64,000 bases of DNA, taken from NCBI GenBank assembly GCA_965644295.1, contig CBFFRP010000132.1, positions 186,001 through 250,000 on the forward strand, read 5' to 3'. The notes below the pieces were generated by a model. That model saw only the letters and a list, made by a program, of their open reading frames with translations, had not been told where the DNA came from and made no database searches. The DNA is from Paraphysomonas bandaiensis (Eukaryota; Protista; Chrysophyceae). Shown piece by piece: positions 38,041-52,574 of this stretch. The position numbers were made by a program, and so were the translations under genes. Every line of letters starts with the position of its first letter. Position 1 is the stretch's first letter.

Positions 38041-39718
38041 TCTTCTAACGATTCAAAGTTTTCGATAAGTGTATGTATATCTTAATAATCTTTATGATAA
38101 CTATAATGAGGAGAGATGTACATACATACAGCACATACTGCTGCCGTGTAGGTGGAATATGTGTGCGTAGCTACATCTATAGCAGCGGAGGTATACCGTA
38201 TACAGCAGTATCCTCCCTGCTGCAAGATGGAACACGGTAGAAAGAATGATGGAAGGATATACCACGTACAGAGTATACAGCTGTAGGAATCCTACCCTGT
38301 ATCTTGGTTTTTGAACACACTTTTAGGGGAACAAGGGCGTCATGTGGCTTTTTAGCAGAAAAACGAAAGCTATGTAGGAATTCCTAGTTTTCTTGGAGTA
38401 AAAGTATCAATATCTCCATCCATTGTATCGCTCTACAAAGTGGACGAAGCAATCTTCGGCCTGGTGCCTGCTGTGATGATATGATACAAGAGTATATCTA
38501 GATATAGTTATGTGATATGGATATACAGCGTCCGCATATTACGTACGTGATGTTGTGACCTTATGCTGCATTCAATTATTCACATCTCGATATGGATAAG
38601 GGATAATGGATCGGAGGACAGACAGTATTGCGCCTGGTCCATGTTGTAGTCCTCGCATAACGAAGTGGTGGAAATAATCTCCGATATCACAATACAGACT
38701 CCACCCATAATTAATTTGCAGATCAACGTTGCTGAACTATACAATGATTGTCATTGCATCATATTCTCATGGACAACCTCCGTGATAACAGTGTACAGAA
38801 TGAACATCTGTACATTAATTACAATTAGCTCCATCATCTAATCTGTAGAATATCGGTGGAAATGAGAATGTTTATTGTTCATGCTTAGTTTTATTGTGTG
38901 TATAGGGTTATAATAGCCATTCTCCATCATGCCACGGAATTTCAACTTACCATTATATAGAAAGAATTCCACTAGTCCATGCTTAGTATTAGTCCCATTC
39001 CGATATCCTACCCTGGAGTTGTGGTTATATATATGTAAATAAGCCATAAATAGATCTACTTGCGTCACTCAGACACTATTACCAGACTTGCCTAATAATT
39101 AATGATTTTAAAGTGATAATTGGTAAATGTTGCCAATTAATTGTAATTACTTGGCTGGCTTAATTATATATAGATATATAGCATCTTAAAATGTATAGCT
39201 ACTCATCATAGGTACAAATTCATCATCTGTTAGCATAGAAGAAGTTTGGCCATGTATGTGCACAGCACACAGTCATGTTACCATATATGTGTGGCACGAT
39301 TACGATATACGATAAACCCTACTAATTCTGATGGAGAGGGAAGCCAAGTGATGTCTGCAGTCTGCACAATACGTACTTGTGTCATGCGTGGTAACGAGAA
39401 GGCCTGTATATTCTTCAATTGAGGGGAGGCTTAGCACGGTGGTTGCTGCAGCAGTGTGAAATGTATAAATATATTACTATTGTATATTGTAGTACCAAGG
39501 AGTTCTGGTCCAACATACTTGCCACATTAACGAGACACTTAATCTGTAGTTCTAGTAGAAACGGGTTGTTTTAATTTTACGGTTATATGTTTCATTGAAA
39601 AATTCTACTAGGTATTACTGCGGCTAGCAGTAGGGACTCTAACTTTCTACAGTAGTACACCTTGTTGATCATATCACTCTGACTACTCACGTGTTACATC
39701 AAGGTCAATCGGCTTATC

Positions 39719-40702
<984 letters not shown>

Positions 40703-42252
40703 CTACGATATATGGTGTATATATATGGGCCTATACATATACCATGCATGGTATACGCGTATACACTTGTTATACTGTACTGCTGTATATGAACTGCAAG
40801 GCTTCCGCCTGCGGTATACGATGGTCTACGGTGTTATGTGCAGGTGAACAGAGCAGCACGTTCGTAGTACTGTAGAGCACTGCTGTACACAGCAGTGGAC
40901 ATATGCAGCATATCCTCACCCACACCACACTCACCAACCTTAACACGATCAGGGGTCATGTTGCTCTGGTATACTGCATTGTGTGACTGTAATCTACGTG
41001 ATATCATCAGTACACTGCATCACACCTGAAGATATATGTAAAGAAGCTCTTGCTCCATCTCATATGACACTAATATGACACAGCTAATAACCCTAGCAAG
41101 CCATATGAACCCTTATCTATGCCTATGTATTAATATTGAGGTTTGATATCTCTGCTTCACCTCGTATCATTAATGGTCCTCTTGACCATATCTTACATGA
41201 TGCATTATGGTTTAATCTCAAGATGCCCGATGTGATGAAGTTTACAGTTTAGGCCAAACACCTGGTAATAGTTGGATAATGCCTATTGGTTACGAATGTT
41301 TTGAGAATTCATAGATAGTATATGATCTTTCATAATCAATCGTACCAAACGTAATAATAGTACGATTTAAGCTTAGATACCCTTGCCTACAGGTACTTAT
41401 AACTACTACATATGATATGCATTTTAGTTACGGGCTAGATACATCTACAGTAGTCCCTAATAACTTTATGTCGGTAGTAAGATGACACATATTATTGTTG
41501 GTAAATTAGTGCCACGAAAAAGGTATTTGTCGACAAGTATAAATGTTGATACCTGGTAAAAATAATTCAACGATAATGAAATGTTGGGTCATGGACTCAC
41601 ATTTTCCATTGTAGAATTAAGGCTCAATGAAAGCCATGAAATGTGCAATGACCAGTTTGCAGGATTAGAAATACATGCACTTACTCCTAACGAATTTGTG
41701 TCATAGGTTCATGTTCCGTGTGTTCCTGGAAGATCTAGTTGTTTTAAAATGTGACAAATGCACTTCAATGTAATTATATATGCTAAGAAAATTGATAGAT
41801 TCTCACTAAATATGTAGCTCAACTTAGTTATATGCGAATTAATATAATTATTTATATCACAGCGAAGAATCCCCTTCCTTCCCGCTGTGTGTGTTCCAAA
41901 TTTGGGGTGATAGCACAGACTTCATCGTCAACAGTGTTTTATGAAACTTGGAATATCAAAGTTCCATCAGCATTATATCTGCCAATCAAACAACAAGATT
42001 ACAAGAATTCTCATTTCATATGAAGTTCAAAAGGATTAATGAAAAGGATCCTCTCTAAAGCCAAATATAATTGGTTGTTTTCTTGTGGGACACTCTGATT
42101 CTGGTATACTAGTCAGTAGATTTCGTTTGTCATTCAGCACTGATAAATTTCATTTACATTTTAATCCCATCATTAAGGGTAATGAGTATAACGATTAGAT
42201 ATATACCATATATACCTAAAAATCAACATGTATAGAAATCGGCACATGAAAA

Positions 42253-44835
42253 CTAACACCTCGTAATCGATATCAGTTTTATTTCTAACATTTCGGCTAT
42301 AAAACGACACTGTTCTGCTATTTGTGCTAAAGGCGACGTTTGGGTTTGTGCTTCAGTATTCCACAGTACAGCCAAATTGTACTCGGCGAAATTACTGGAG
42401 CTTCTATTGTTGAAGCTGTATAGTAAATTATTCATCATATCCATGTACCCATCAGTACTCAGTAAATTCTCTGTCCACCGATAACTGGTGTCCGTACTTG
42501 GTACAACAGTTGACATGTATATTCGAATAGATTCGAGCTCAAAGTTTCCCACTGGCCAACCGTCACGGGAAATTATGGTACTGTCACTTTCACTTGGTGA
42601 TATATACAATCGCGTCCCACGAGAAGTTGCATTCAGAAAAGGCATCTCAGTCGTGAAAGAGCAGAGCGAAGAGCTCTGGAGCTGAAACTGCCTCGGTGTA
42701 TAGGAGTTCGGTCGCAGAAATAAAGTCATACCAACTGACGCACTTAAAGTAGGTGACGAAGTTGGAAGTGACGTCGACGGTGATGATGTGGGAAGTGATG
42801 TAGGAGATGTGCAAAAAGTAGAATCATACTCGGCATTTTCTAAATAGTCACAAGAATTTTCGACAAAATACCCCAATAGCTTCCATGTGGCCCTCACAGA
42901 ACTTTCTTCATCTTTACATAGATATGGCTCAAGAGGATCTGTCACACTTGTGCGATTAGGAGCAAAATGATATCGGTCCACCCCAACATAGTGTGCAGCA
43001 CCACAATTGATGGAAAATAGGGGCTGAGTATAAGAATGAGGAGTGGTGTAACCAGAGCAGCGAACTTCACCGCAAGTGTGCGAGCCATTCACAGCGGCAC
43101 CAAAGCGAACAGTATCATATGAGTATAATACCACTGCACGCCCTTCCCTATCGCCTTCGCTGTCGACCCATTGGTAAGTCTGATCTACCCACTTCAGTGC
43201 CTCTGCATCAATGTCCGATAGGCGGTCAGTTATCACATATTGGCGATTGTAATATGTGCTTCCCGGATGTAGAGTTAAAAAAGCATTAATTGTAAATACC
43301 GTGTAGTCACGGTCATCCTTGGTACCTGCAATTATATATAATATGAGACACAGAAAAGGGAGAGTGGGTGTTATGTACACAATATATGCCGCAGACTTCT
43401 AACATTCTAGCTTCTCACGTTCACTCAGTGGTATATTTACGTGATATAATTTGCACTATTTATTTACAACCCAATTTTCCATACCTGCAGTGCCAACCCG
43501 AACACGAGAAGGGGCCGTCATCCAATCGTTATTAGGGTCGTCAGACTCTGCATCAATTCCATGAACCCAAGTCAAAGCCAAGTTATCCTCTTTCCTTTTG
43601 CCGAAATCCGCGTAGGTCACTGTGATGATATCATTCTCAATGAATATGGAGTTGATGACGTCAACCGTTACGTTCGGCCAAAAGAATAAAGTGTTGCCAT
43701 TGTGGGCCCAATGTAATACACCCTTCACATACACGCTTTGCCCTCTCGGATTGGTGAATAACAAGTCACCGTACGTGGAAACAGATAGCGTCACAGTAGA
43801 TTGAATTGTCATGCGGGCGGTGTACCTTCCCCAGCTCGCAGTATGGCCAACACTCTCGGAGCACGAATTGTTTCGCGAAGGAATTAGCTGTACAGCGACG
43901 GCATCGTCATCATTACAGTCTACCTCCGATCCTGAGTTGTCTCCACACGGAACGCTAAATTCACTTTCCAGAGGAATATTTTCAGTAAATGTAGTATAGC
44001 CACCAAGGTCTTCAAGGTTAGGTCTTGTTTCAGATCCAAATGACAAGAGTGGGTCCACTAAATCAGCTTCTCCTGGATTGGATTTGGATGCGTGCAGAAC
44101 ATCATGGAGAACTGAGGTACGTACTCCACCCCATGGTACATTGAAATACGAATAGCTATCGGAGCCATAGTTGGATCTCCCATTCTGAATTGCCCACGTC
44201 ATTTCCACCACACCATTGCCACAGTCACGATAGCGTGTGTAATAAAGTGCTGAGCTATAGAAAGCCGTGGGAACATGTGCCTGTTGCCCCCAGGAGGCAA
44301 AGCGACATTCCCTGCCACTGCAGTGTTTAGCAACATTAGGAGAGTAAAATGGGTTCTCACGAAGTATATCTTCGTTCTGATACGTTCCAGCTTGATGTAT
44401 AAAATAAGGATCCTCTGGGGGATCGTTTAGAGTCGAATCGACAGCCACCAATTGCCAGACCTCATCGATCCACGGGGCATCAGAGTGTTGTTGCGGCGGC
44501 ATGGCTTCACCATACGGTCCAACATAGCTATATATATTTCCACCATGACCCACTCTGAGGGACCAAGTTTTGTTAACATTATTATCCACGTGAGACAACT
44601 CTGCCAAGAAAGCGTCCTTTTCGAACGGTGCACTCAGAATATCCCACTTAGAGCTGCTATTGGTCCAACTAAAATCAAATGTGAAGGTAGTTTCTCCACC
44701 ACCTACACATAGCGCACTGGATTCGGGGAGAATATCCTCAGTGAGTGCGTCTTCTAGAGTGACTTGTGCACTCATGCGGCTCACAATGCACAGGACGAGT
44801 GTTGCTCTCCACCTCCATAACACACCCACTGTCAT
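42253..44835 (-). CDS. Uncharacterised secreted protein (~790 aa); exons 44835-43485, 43325-42253
   Basis: Signal-peptide-like N-terminus, an aromatic-rich beta-type domain (WSLRVGHGGNIYS, PWIDEVWQ, YFIHQAG, WGQQAH, NVPWGGVR), a SPTS linker and a C-terminal domain. One GT-AG intron joins the two ORFs in frame. Confidence 0.85.
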
Positions 44836-45332
44836 ACTACTCTCCACCTCCCTATAAAATTATAGGCATATCATATTCAGATCCTGCATGCCGTGCATGC
44901 ATTGCACTGTGCTATTGGTGCTGGCTGCGCAAGCAATCAAGAGTCCACATCGTCGTATGTCCAGAGGCGCCGTAACGGTATAGGAATTCCTAGCTGGAGG
45001 TGTGTATAGTATGCGCAGTGGTAGAACATACCGGTAGAGGGTGAGTGCAGGTGGTCCGTGGACAGCAGTAGAGGTATACGTATACCGGTATACAGCAGGT
45101 GGTGTGGATACACTGCCTGTATATCTATGTACATATGTACACGCACTGCATGCATATTCTCTTCTGCTCTATACGAACATTTGGCTGCATGTTCTGTGAG
45201 CTCCTACACATACACACATACACACACTTGTCAGTAGAAGCACTGCACTATTACTCGACTCTGATCTATCGCAACTGTTGTTATTGACGTCACTCCTCGG
45301 CAAGAGACATCTCTCAATCCATTGACGTTAGC

Positions 45333-46013
45333 ATGGACCCCTATGAAGAGAATGTGTTTAAGGAGCAGTACGGCAGCCCGGACACTCTCCCTTCTGTTGA
45401 GGTGCAGCTGCGGGATAAGATCATCAAGTATAAGGCTGAACTAAAGGAGAAAAACAGGAAAATAAAGTATCTGGCGAAGCAGCTCACTGAGAAAGAGGAC
45501 ATTATCCGCAACTTATTGAGCATACTTGAGCGCTACCACTCACCGGATATTCCTCTACCTGAGCGACCTCTGCGATCCATCAGCGATGATTCATATGGAC
45601 AATATGGGCGTGTAATGTCCAGTAATTATGTGTCGAGCGCTGTTGCACACAACCAGAAGCTGGAGTCGAAGGTACAGGACCTTACCCAGAAAAATAAGAT
45701 GCTAAAACAAAAGCTCAAGGAGCAAAGAAACCGATTGGATGAAGTTGATATATTACGCCAAATTCTGTCCGTAGATGAGCAGATTGAACGGAACCAGCAA
45801 GAAGAAATTAAGGGTCTACAAGAAGTTGCTTCCAGGCAACAGAAAGAGAACTTTGCACTGCAGCGGCAACATTCTCACGACGGCGTTATTAATGGCGAAG
45901 CGAATTCAGGTGTAAAGCGCCCGTCCCCAGCCAAGCGCCTGCTCAAACAGCGATCAATCAAGGTTATTGAGGAAGTTCACAATATACTAGATCAGAGGAA
46001 ATCATCGTATTGA
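45333..46013 (+). CDS. Uncharacterised coiled-coil protein (226 aa)
   Basis: Open ORF with heptad-rich K/E/Q helices. Confidence 0.75.
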   Translation: MDPYEENVFKEQYGSPDTLPSVEVQLRDKIIKYKAELKEKNRKIKYLAKQLTEKEDIIRNLLSILERYHSPDIPLPERPLRSISDDSYGQYGRVMSSNYVSSAVAHNQKLESKVQDLTQKNKMLKQKLKEQRNRLDEVDILRQILSVDEQIERNQQEEIKGLQEVASRQQKENFALQRQHSHDGVINGEANSGVKRPSPAKRLLKQRSIKVIEEVHNILDQRKSSY

Positions 46014-46389
46014 TTGATGTTGATTCATGTGTATGATGATTTTTAGTCGGTTTTTGATATCGGTACGTGTTATTAGCTTATACCGCAACAGAATTGTAGA
46101 ATAAGTAAAATAATGATGTGCAATAAATGCTTTTGAGCCCGTAAGGTCATAATTTTTAGGATAGTCTGCCCGTATACATTCTCACATGAGCTTGTTGTGC
46201 GGCCAAGAGGTTGCTCTTAAGATTCATCATAATATAGTATATGTGAATTACATTGTTCAATAAAATATATCTCAAACTGAATAAAAGATAGTATATGTTG
46301 AAGAATCATGATCGGCATTATAACGATAGTCATTGTCGGTTAAATTTCTAATTTATTCCGTTGCACGTAAATACTGTATAAATCAAAAT

Positions 46390-47118
46390 TGTTGTTATTG
46401 ACGTCACTCCTCGGCAAGAGACATCTCTCAATCCATTGACGTTAGCATGGACCCCTATGAAGAGAATGTGTTTAAGGAGCAGTACGGCAGCCCGGACACT
46501 CTTCCTTCTGTTGAGGTGCAGCTGCGGGTTAAGATCATCAAGTATAAGGCTGAACTAAAGGAGAAAAACAGGAAAATAAAGTATCTGGCGAAGCAGCTCA
46601 CTGAGAAAGAGGACATTATCCGCAACTTATTGAGCATACTTGAGCGCTACCACTCACCGGATATTCCTCTGCCTGAGAGCGACCTCTGCGATCCATCAGC
46701 GATGATTCATATGGACAATATGGGCGTGTAATGTCCAGTAATTATGTGTCGAGCGCTGTTGCACACAACCAGAAGCTGGAGTCGAATGTACAGGACCTCA
46801 CCCAGAAAAATAAGATGCTAAAACAAAAGCTCAAGGAGCAAAAAAACCGATTGGATGAAGTTGATATATTACGCCAAATTCTGTCCGTAGATGAGCAGAT
46901 TGAACGGAACCAGCAAGAAGAAATTAAGGGTCTACAAGAAGTTGCTTCCAGGCAACAGAAAGAGAACTTTGCACTGCAGCGGCAACATTCTCACGACGGC
47001 GTTATTAATGGCGAAGCGAATTCAGGTGTAAAGCGCCCGTCCCCAGCCAAGCGCCTGCTCAAACAGCGATCAATCAAGGTTATTGAGGAAGTTCACAATA
47101 TACTAGATCAGAGGAAAT
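46390..47118 (+). pseudogene. Recent tandem duplicate of 45276-46002 with a 2-nt frameshift
   Basis: Near-identical copy. cctgagcgac became cctgagagcgac at ~46677, splitting the ORF. A few substitutions (D to V, K to N, R to K); the original stop is lost. Confidence 0.88.
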
Positions 47119-47327
47119 ACAGATACTGTATTTATACATAATACTAATATAGTTATAATAGTACTTATATATATCGAAATTGCTGATATATGAATGCATG
47201 TTCGTAAAACATTTTTGCGTTGAAAATCTATTTTTAGGATGAAACCAGAACAGAATAAATTCATTGTCTTTATCTTCCATAAATCTTATAAAAATGAGCG
47301 ATAAGTTTCTACGCTGATACTGTACGA

Positions 47328-48477
47328 TAGGGCTGCGTATCAATTAATTGTCAATTAATTGACATAGGTTGTAGTCAATTATAATGGCAAATTATGTAGT
47401 ACTAAAATACACTAGCTGCCAATAATATAGCTACCTCAACTGTCGTTTCATTCCAGAGGCGACGATTCATGCGTAAAAGCATAAGTAGCTCTTAAATGTT
47501 GAGGAGTCAAGCTCTTGCGCAAGCCCGTTATTATAACAATCGTAGCTCTACTGAACAAGCTTTTAACCTTATTGGTTATGGCATGCAAGTGTTTAATGCT
47601 GCGGTAACGAGTTTGCTGGTTACGTCTTGCTCGCTTCCGCTGCCTGCTGCCATCAATCAAACGTTGCGCTACGTCGCCATTCCGAACTAGATGCGCACTG
47701 TCATAATCTTCTTCTTCCTCATCGAGCAAAAATATTTGTTCCTTCCGAGTTACGGCTTCGTTGCCACATTGAATCTTCACGACTGCCTTTTTGAAAGCAG
47801 CGTTATGAATAATAATAGAAGCACTGTCGCCCAGATGACGCTCAACAATCGGGTACCTTATGATGAGTTCATCAAACAATACACTAACGTCGTGGAGGTC
47901 AATCTGGTGTTAACCTTACTTCTGTAATTGTAAGGACACTAGTTGAAACAATTCCTATTCCTCCCGTATTGCACGAGCTTGGCATGCACCTTTTCGCTTG
48001 GCATTAGACGTAACGCGTCGGAACCAAACTCGAATGATCTCACATGATTAGATAGAAGCAGGTAGCGGTAAATCATGGAAACTGTGGAGCTCATTTTCCT
48101 TGAGGACAAATCTTTATTGCAACTTCTTCGTTATTACCATTCACTAAAACACACTCGTGCAATGACTTCTGGTGCCAGTTTGTCGCTCATATTGCTAATT
48201 AAAAGTTAAATGAATTACTATGTGAGTTAATCCTATGGATTTTATAGTCTTTCACCAATCTTCGAATTTTATCCTAAAAATTGGATTTTGTCAATAAAAA
48301 TGCCGTGTTTTAAAAACTTTTTAGCATAAAAAAGTGGCTTCTTATATCAATTAATAGCAAGTAATTGACAATTAATTGAAGCAAGCTGGAGTCAATTATA
48401 ATTGCAATTATGATTCGATGTCCCAATTTCAATTATTGCAATTTCAATAATTGACAATTAATTGATACGCAGCTCTG
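47328..48477 (-). mobile_element. Non-autonomous (deleted, decayed) hAT transposon with TIRs and 8-bp TSD
   Basis: TIRs tagggctgcgtatcaattaattgtcaatta and cagagctgcgtatcaattaattgtcaatta. TSD ctgtacga (47320-47327) versus ctgtgcga (48478-48485). The internal ORF 47448-47879 carries a degenerate hAT C-terminus (TNKVKSLFSRA...LRKSLTPQHL). Confidence 0.92.
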
Positions 48478-48489
48478 CTGTGCGAGATG

Positions 48490-49040
48490 ATATTGCACGA
48501 GTGTTCTTTGAGAAGTTGCATTCGATGACAAGTTATGACACAATTGGGTGATTTACTAAGTTAACTGGACGTTTATTTACTCATTAAACAAGTTAAGATG
48601 AGGGAACATTATAATAAATATAATAAACAATATATCACGTTATCTCCACTACCACTCATTTCTAGTACGATCTTATATCGTCACTATCTTCTTGTATGGT
48701 CAATATATATTCAGTTCTCATTACTTCTCATAATACAGTTAACCACTACTGTATTCTCCAGTAACCGTCATAATTCCAATATCTTAGAATTACAGCTTTT
48801 AATTGCTTAAACAGCAAAACTCAACACTCCCTCTCAATTCAAAGCTGTACATTGAATAGCCAAACCACGAGTCATAACTGACGGATACGCAACCACCAAG
48901 ACCTCATGAGCTGTACATTGAATCTTCACATCGCAAGACATAACTGACGGATATGCTGTAGATTGAATCCTTACATTACAAGACATAACTGATGGGTAGA
49001 ATTAGAGCTTTCAATTGCTCCAACAGCGAAACTCAACATT
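48490..49040 (-). mobile_element. Copia-like LTR relic (PPT plus LTR start, partly duplicated)
   Basis: Minus-strand TTGAGAGGGAG then TGTTGAG at 48826. A second copy of the LTR start lies at 49038, and cataactgaYgg occurs three times. Left boundary uncertain. Confidence 0.6.
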
Positions 49041-49324
49041 CGAGTGTTGGCAATGTCGTGAGTGTCTTGTATGAAAGGTGTCCTGAGTCGTAAGAAGGGG
49101 TATGGAAAGAGCAACCTCGCATGCCAACAAGCACGCTGGATGGAAAGAGAAACCTTTGACTTTCCAGTAAGCTTGTGGTGCAATCACACATTCACAACTT
49201 GAAAGAAGTGGTATTAGAAGTGACAAAGAAACTAGTAGTATACGTTGACGAAAAATTTCATTACGAATATTTTTCAATAATTCATCTCCTAAATCAACAA
49301 AAACATTTTTTTAAATATACTCAT

Positions 49325-51986
49325 TTAGACTGTCATATGTGAATCAATCGGCCATATACTATCATCTTCTTCATCACTGCTCACACATTCCCACAAACCA
49401 ATCTGTGGTGTATCGTCGGAACCATTTAACACTCCAGTACTCCTTGCATGGTCTGAAGACTGCTTGGAAGACTCAGATGCAGCACCCGCAATATAATCAG
49501 TCAAATCTAGCTCATTCGCCTGTGATCTGCTCAGCGATGATGTGATTTTATACTTCTGAAGATTCTCAAGACGACGTTGCAAAGCCATTAATTCATTATC
49601 TACATCACATTTACACATTGAATGAAAACGTAATTACCAGGCGTACCGAGTTTCCATCCATCCTCGCGATGTTTCTCCTTATTTGACCGACTCATATCGG
49701 ACGGCACTGACATATCTACAGTAATGAAACAATTATGTCAAGTAACAATTCCGCTACTACCCAACAAGAGATCACTCAACATATGTGCGCACTAGAACAG
49801 AAATTGTGCACTTATGACATACACGCCATATCATTTAAGTCTGAACTAATACCTCCTTCGTGTCCGACAAGGTTTCGATCTGAATCCATTAGCGCGGAAA
49901 GCCGATGCTAAAAATATGCAACGTTACCGAATATGAAACGATTTTAACTAGACATCTCAATCTGAATACCTCTAAAATTTGCACAGCAGATGCAATAGTA
50001 TCAATGTCTTTCCCAATATCTCCAGCAGATAAATTTATCTGTATGGGTGCACGATTAACTTCAATACTCGTCGCCCCGCATTTACTATATCCTTTCAAGT
50101 CATCAACCCTCTGACTTGCAGGATCTAATAGACCATCTGGTTCACATTCCGAGCTCAAATGTTGAATAGGATCTGCTGTAAGTTCACTGGCCGTTAGTGG
50201 CTCGCTACCCTCTACACAATGTTGCTGTTTTGTGTCAAATTCAGGATCCAATAAAGAGGTTTGACCATTGTTACTGTGAGATTCCCGACTGGCATCGCCT
50301 TCGTTAGAATGGAGGCCGTTTCCCAACGATAAATTCCATACATCAGCTCTAGCACTACTCTCTGAATTCTGGTAATTTTTTTCAACATCCGAATCTCTAA
50401 AATATAGTAACGTAAGAGGCTTCCCATGACATAAAACTTTATATAACATTCAGGGTACACATCTATATATAATACGGTGTGTGTATTTACTACCTCTTAT
50501 GGAATTTTGGTCTACTATCATGCCTGGGAATGTCTTTAGTATTTTGGCTCATTGACTGCCGCATGTCATGGATTTTCTGCATAAGTGATCCACTGTTCAG
50601 AGATGATGAATCGAGGTTTAGTAAGCCGAACTCATCACTGCTACTCGAACTACTGCCACTACTCTTACTGGATAAAGTACTCTTTGCATGTTGTAAAGCG
50701 CTTTCCGACAACTTTACCAAATCTAGTACTGACTTCGCCTGACGCTCACGATCCACTTTCGAATGGAACGATGTTCTAGCTCTATTCTTGTAGGTTTGAT
50801 GAGAGGTGGCATCGTGGTAATGACTACTTGCTGACTTCTTCGACTTCCTGCTTTCCTTTCTAGAGAGCGATGGGGTATGGCCCTTACCGTGTCTATACCT
50901 CGTCTGCTTAGGCTTGTTGGCTTCAGCACGATACATACTGCGGAATTCCATTCTGCCAATAGAAGAAGTTTCACTCGTCGATTTCAAATCACGGCTTGGA
51001 GTAATATTTCTATGTCGAAGCACATTTCTTCTACCATATTCGTTAACACTTCCAGAAGTTTGTTTGGAATACTTTAATTCTCTTTCCAAATACTTTATTT
51101 CCTCTTCCTTTTTCTGTAGAATTTTCCTTAAACGTTCCTCCGACATACTTTGATGACCCTTTTGATATTTGATTCGTTGGATTTGTTTGTCTACCTTGAG
51201 GTTTCGCTTATGTGCTGCTTGCTTGACCTGTCGCAGCATATGTAACCGGCGTTCTTCAGCAAGGTGTAGCTTATATAAAAGTTTATCTTCGGCATGGGCA
51301 GGCTGTCTGAGCTCTGGAGCTCCAGTGTGCCATACAGAGAAAGTAGTTTTACGCAACTTAGGAGAGGTAGAGCACTTTTTTACTCGATCATTACTTCGTT
51401 GGGAGTGAGCTGATTTTTTCTTGCTTGATTTCTTTGAGTCATTATAAGCCACAGGTATACTCTCATCTTCATCAAGTAAGTGCTCTGTTTTAGTGTTCCA
51501 AGTCGACAGACGCTTTGGTCCCCAATTTAATCGTCTTGAGCGTAAAAATGTATACTCTTGAATAAACTTTCTTTCCCGGTCAATTGAAGTTTGATCAGAT
51601 GAATTGAAATTATCAATATCTATTGGGAACTGGTAATAGAATGTAGTAAGAGAGATAGTCCCCGTATTCGTATTACGCAACATGAAATCAAGCGTCTTAG
51701 TCACACCATGCTCCATACTCGATGCTATAAACGAACAGGAGCCTAGAGGATAAGAATCTCCACTCGAAGAATAGGCTTCAGCAGTTATTTCGATATCACA
51801 AGTGGCTGATAGCTCGTCTGCAATCGGAACATAAACAGTCTTACAGAAGTTTGCTGCGACCTGGTCACACAGAGGCGCTGACATATCAAACTTATGAGCA
51901 TTGATTTTAATAGTGAGAAGGATTGATATCGTATCATCGGATAGAGAACGAAACAGTGCTGTGTCGACAAACACATGAACGAGCAT
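49325..51986 (-). CDS. Uncharacterised multi-exon protein: N-terminal C2-like domain, coiled coil, disordered Ser/basic C-terminus
   Basis: The 498-aa first-exon ORF has a beta-strand pattern (DIEITAEAY...PLGSCSF...GTISLT). Downstream ORFs 49889-50449 and 49325-49618 are flanked by plausible splice sites. Exact exon structure uncertain. Confidence 0.7.
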
Positions 51987-52574
51987 CTCCTGCTGGCTGT
52001 TGTTACGGTGCTGAGGGCGTTGATCTATACAGCAGGAGCATTACGAGTATGCGAGCGATGCGATGAGCGATGATTGAGATCATAGCAGCTCGAGTCAACT
52101 ACGAACTACGATACCGTACACTGGTATACCATACTCCCTACGCTGCTGTGCTACAGTGTATACTGTACGGATATACAGCAGTAAAATCAACTGCCATTTT
52201 CATAGGCTGTATACCTATACGTATACAGCAGTACACCGTAGTACAGATCCAACAGAGAACCTCCAATGAGGAATCACATACACCAATCATCTCCGAAATA
52301 CGCTGTTTGGTTGGTGAACCACATTGCAGTCTTCTTCGAAAATTTGGCTCGTATCGCCGTAGGCCTGCTGTAGAGTGTGGTATACAGACAGCCGTATATG
52401 TGAACTACATGAACATGAAGTGACGGCACATTCACGTGAAATCTCGAGTCGAGTCGAGTACTCCAGTGCGCTGCATGAGTCGCCTGCTCTCTCGTGCTGC
52501 TCTAGCTCTAGTTGTGTCTTGTATGATGTATCTGTAACGCACGTGTCACTCTTATCGTATTGACCGGCTGTGTC

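Noticed and set aside
41000-42250. Possible gene fragments between PLPBP and the secreted-protein gene
   Set aside because: AT-rich with frequent stops and no identifiable family.
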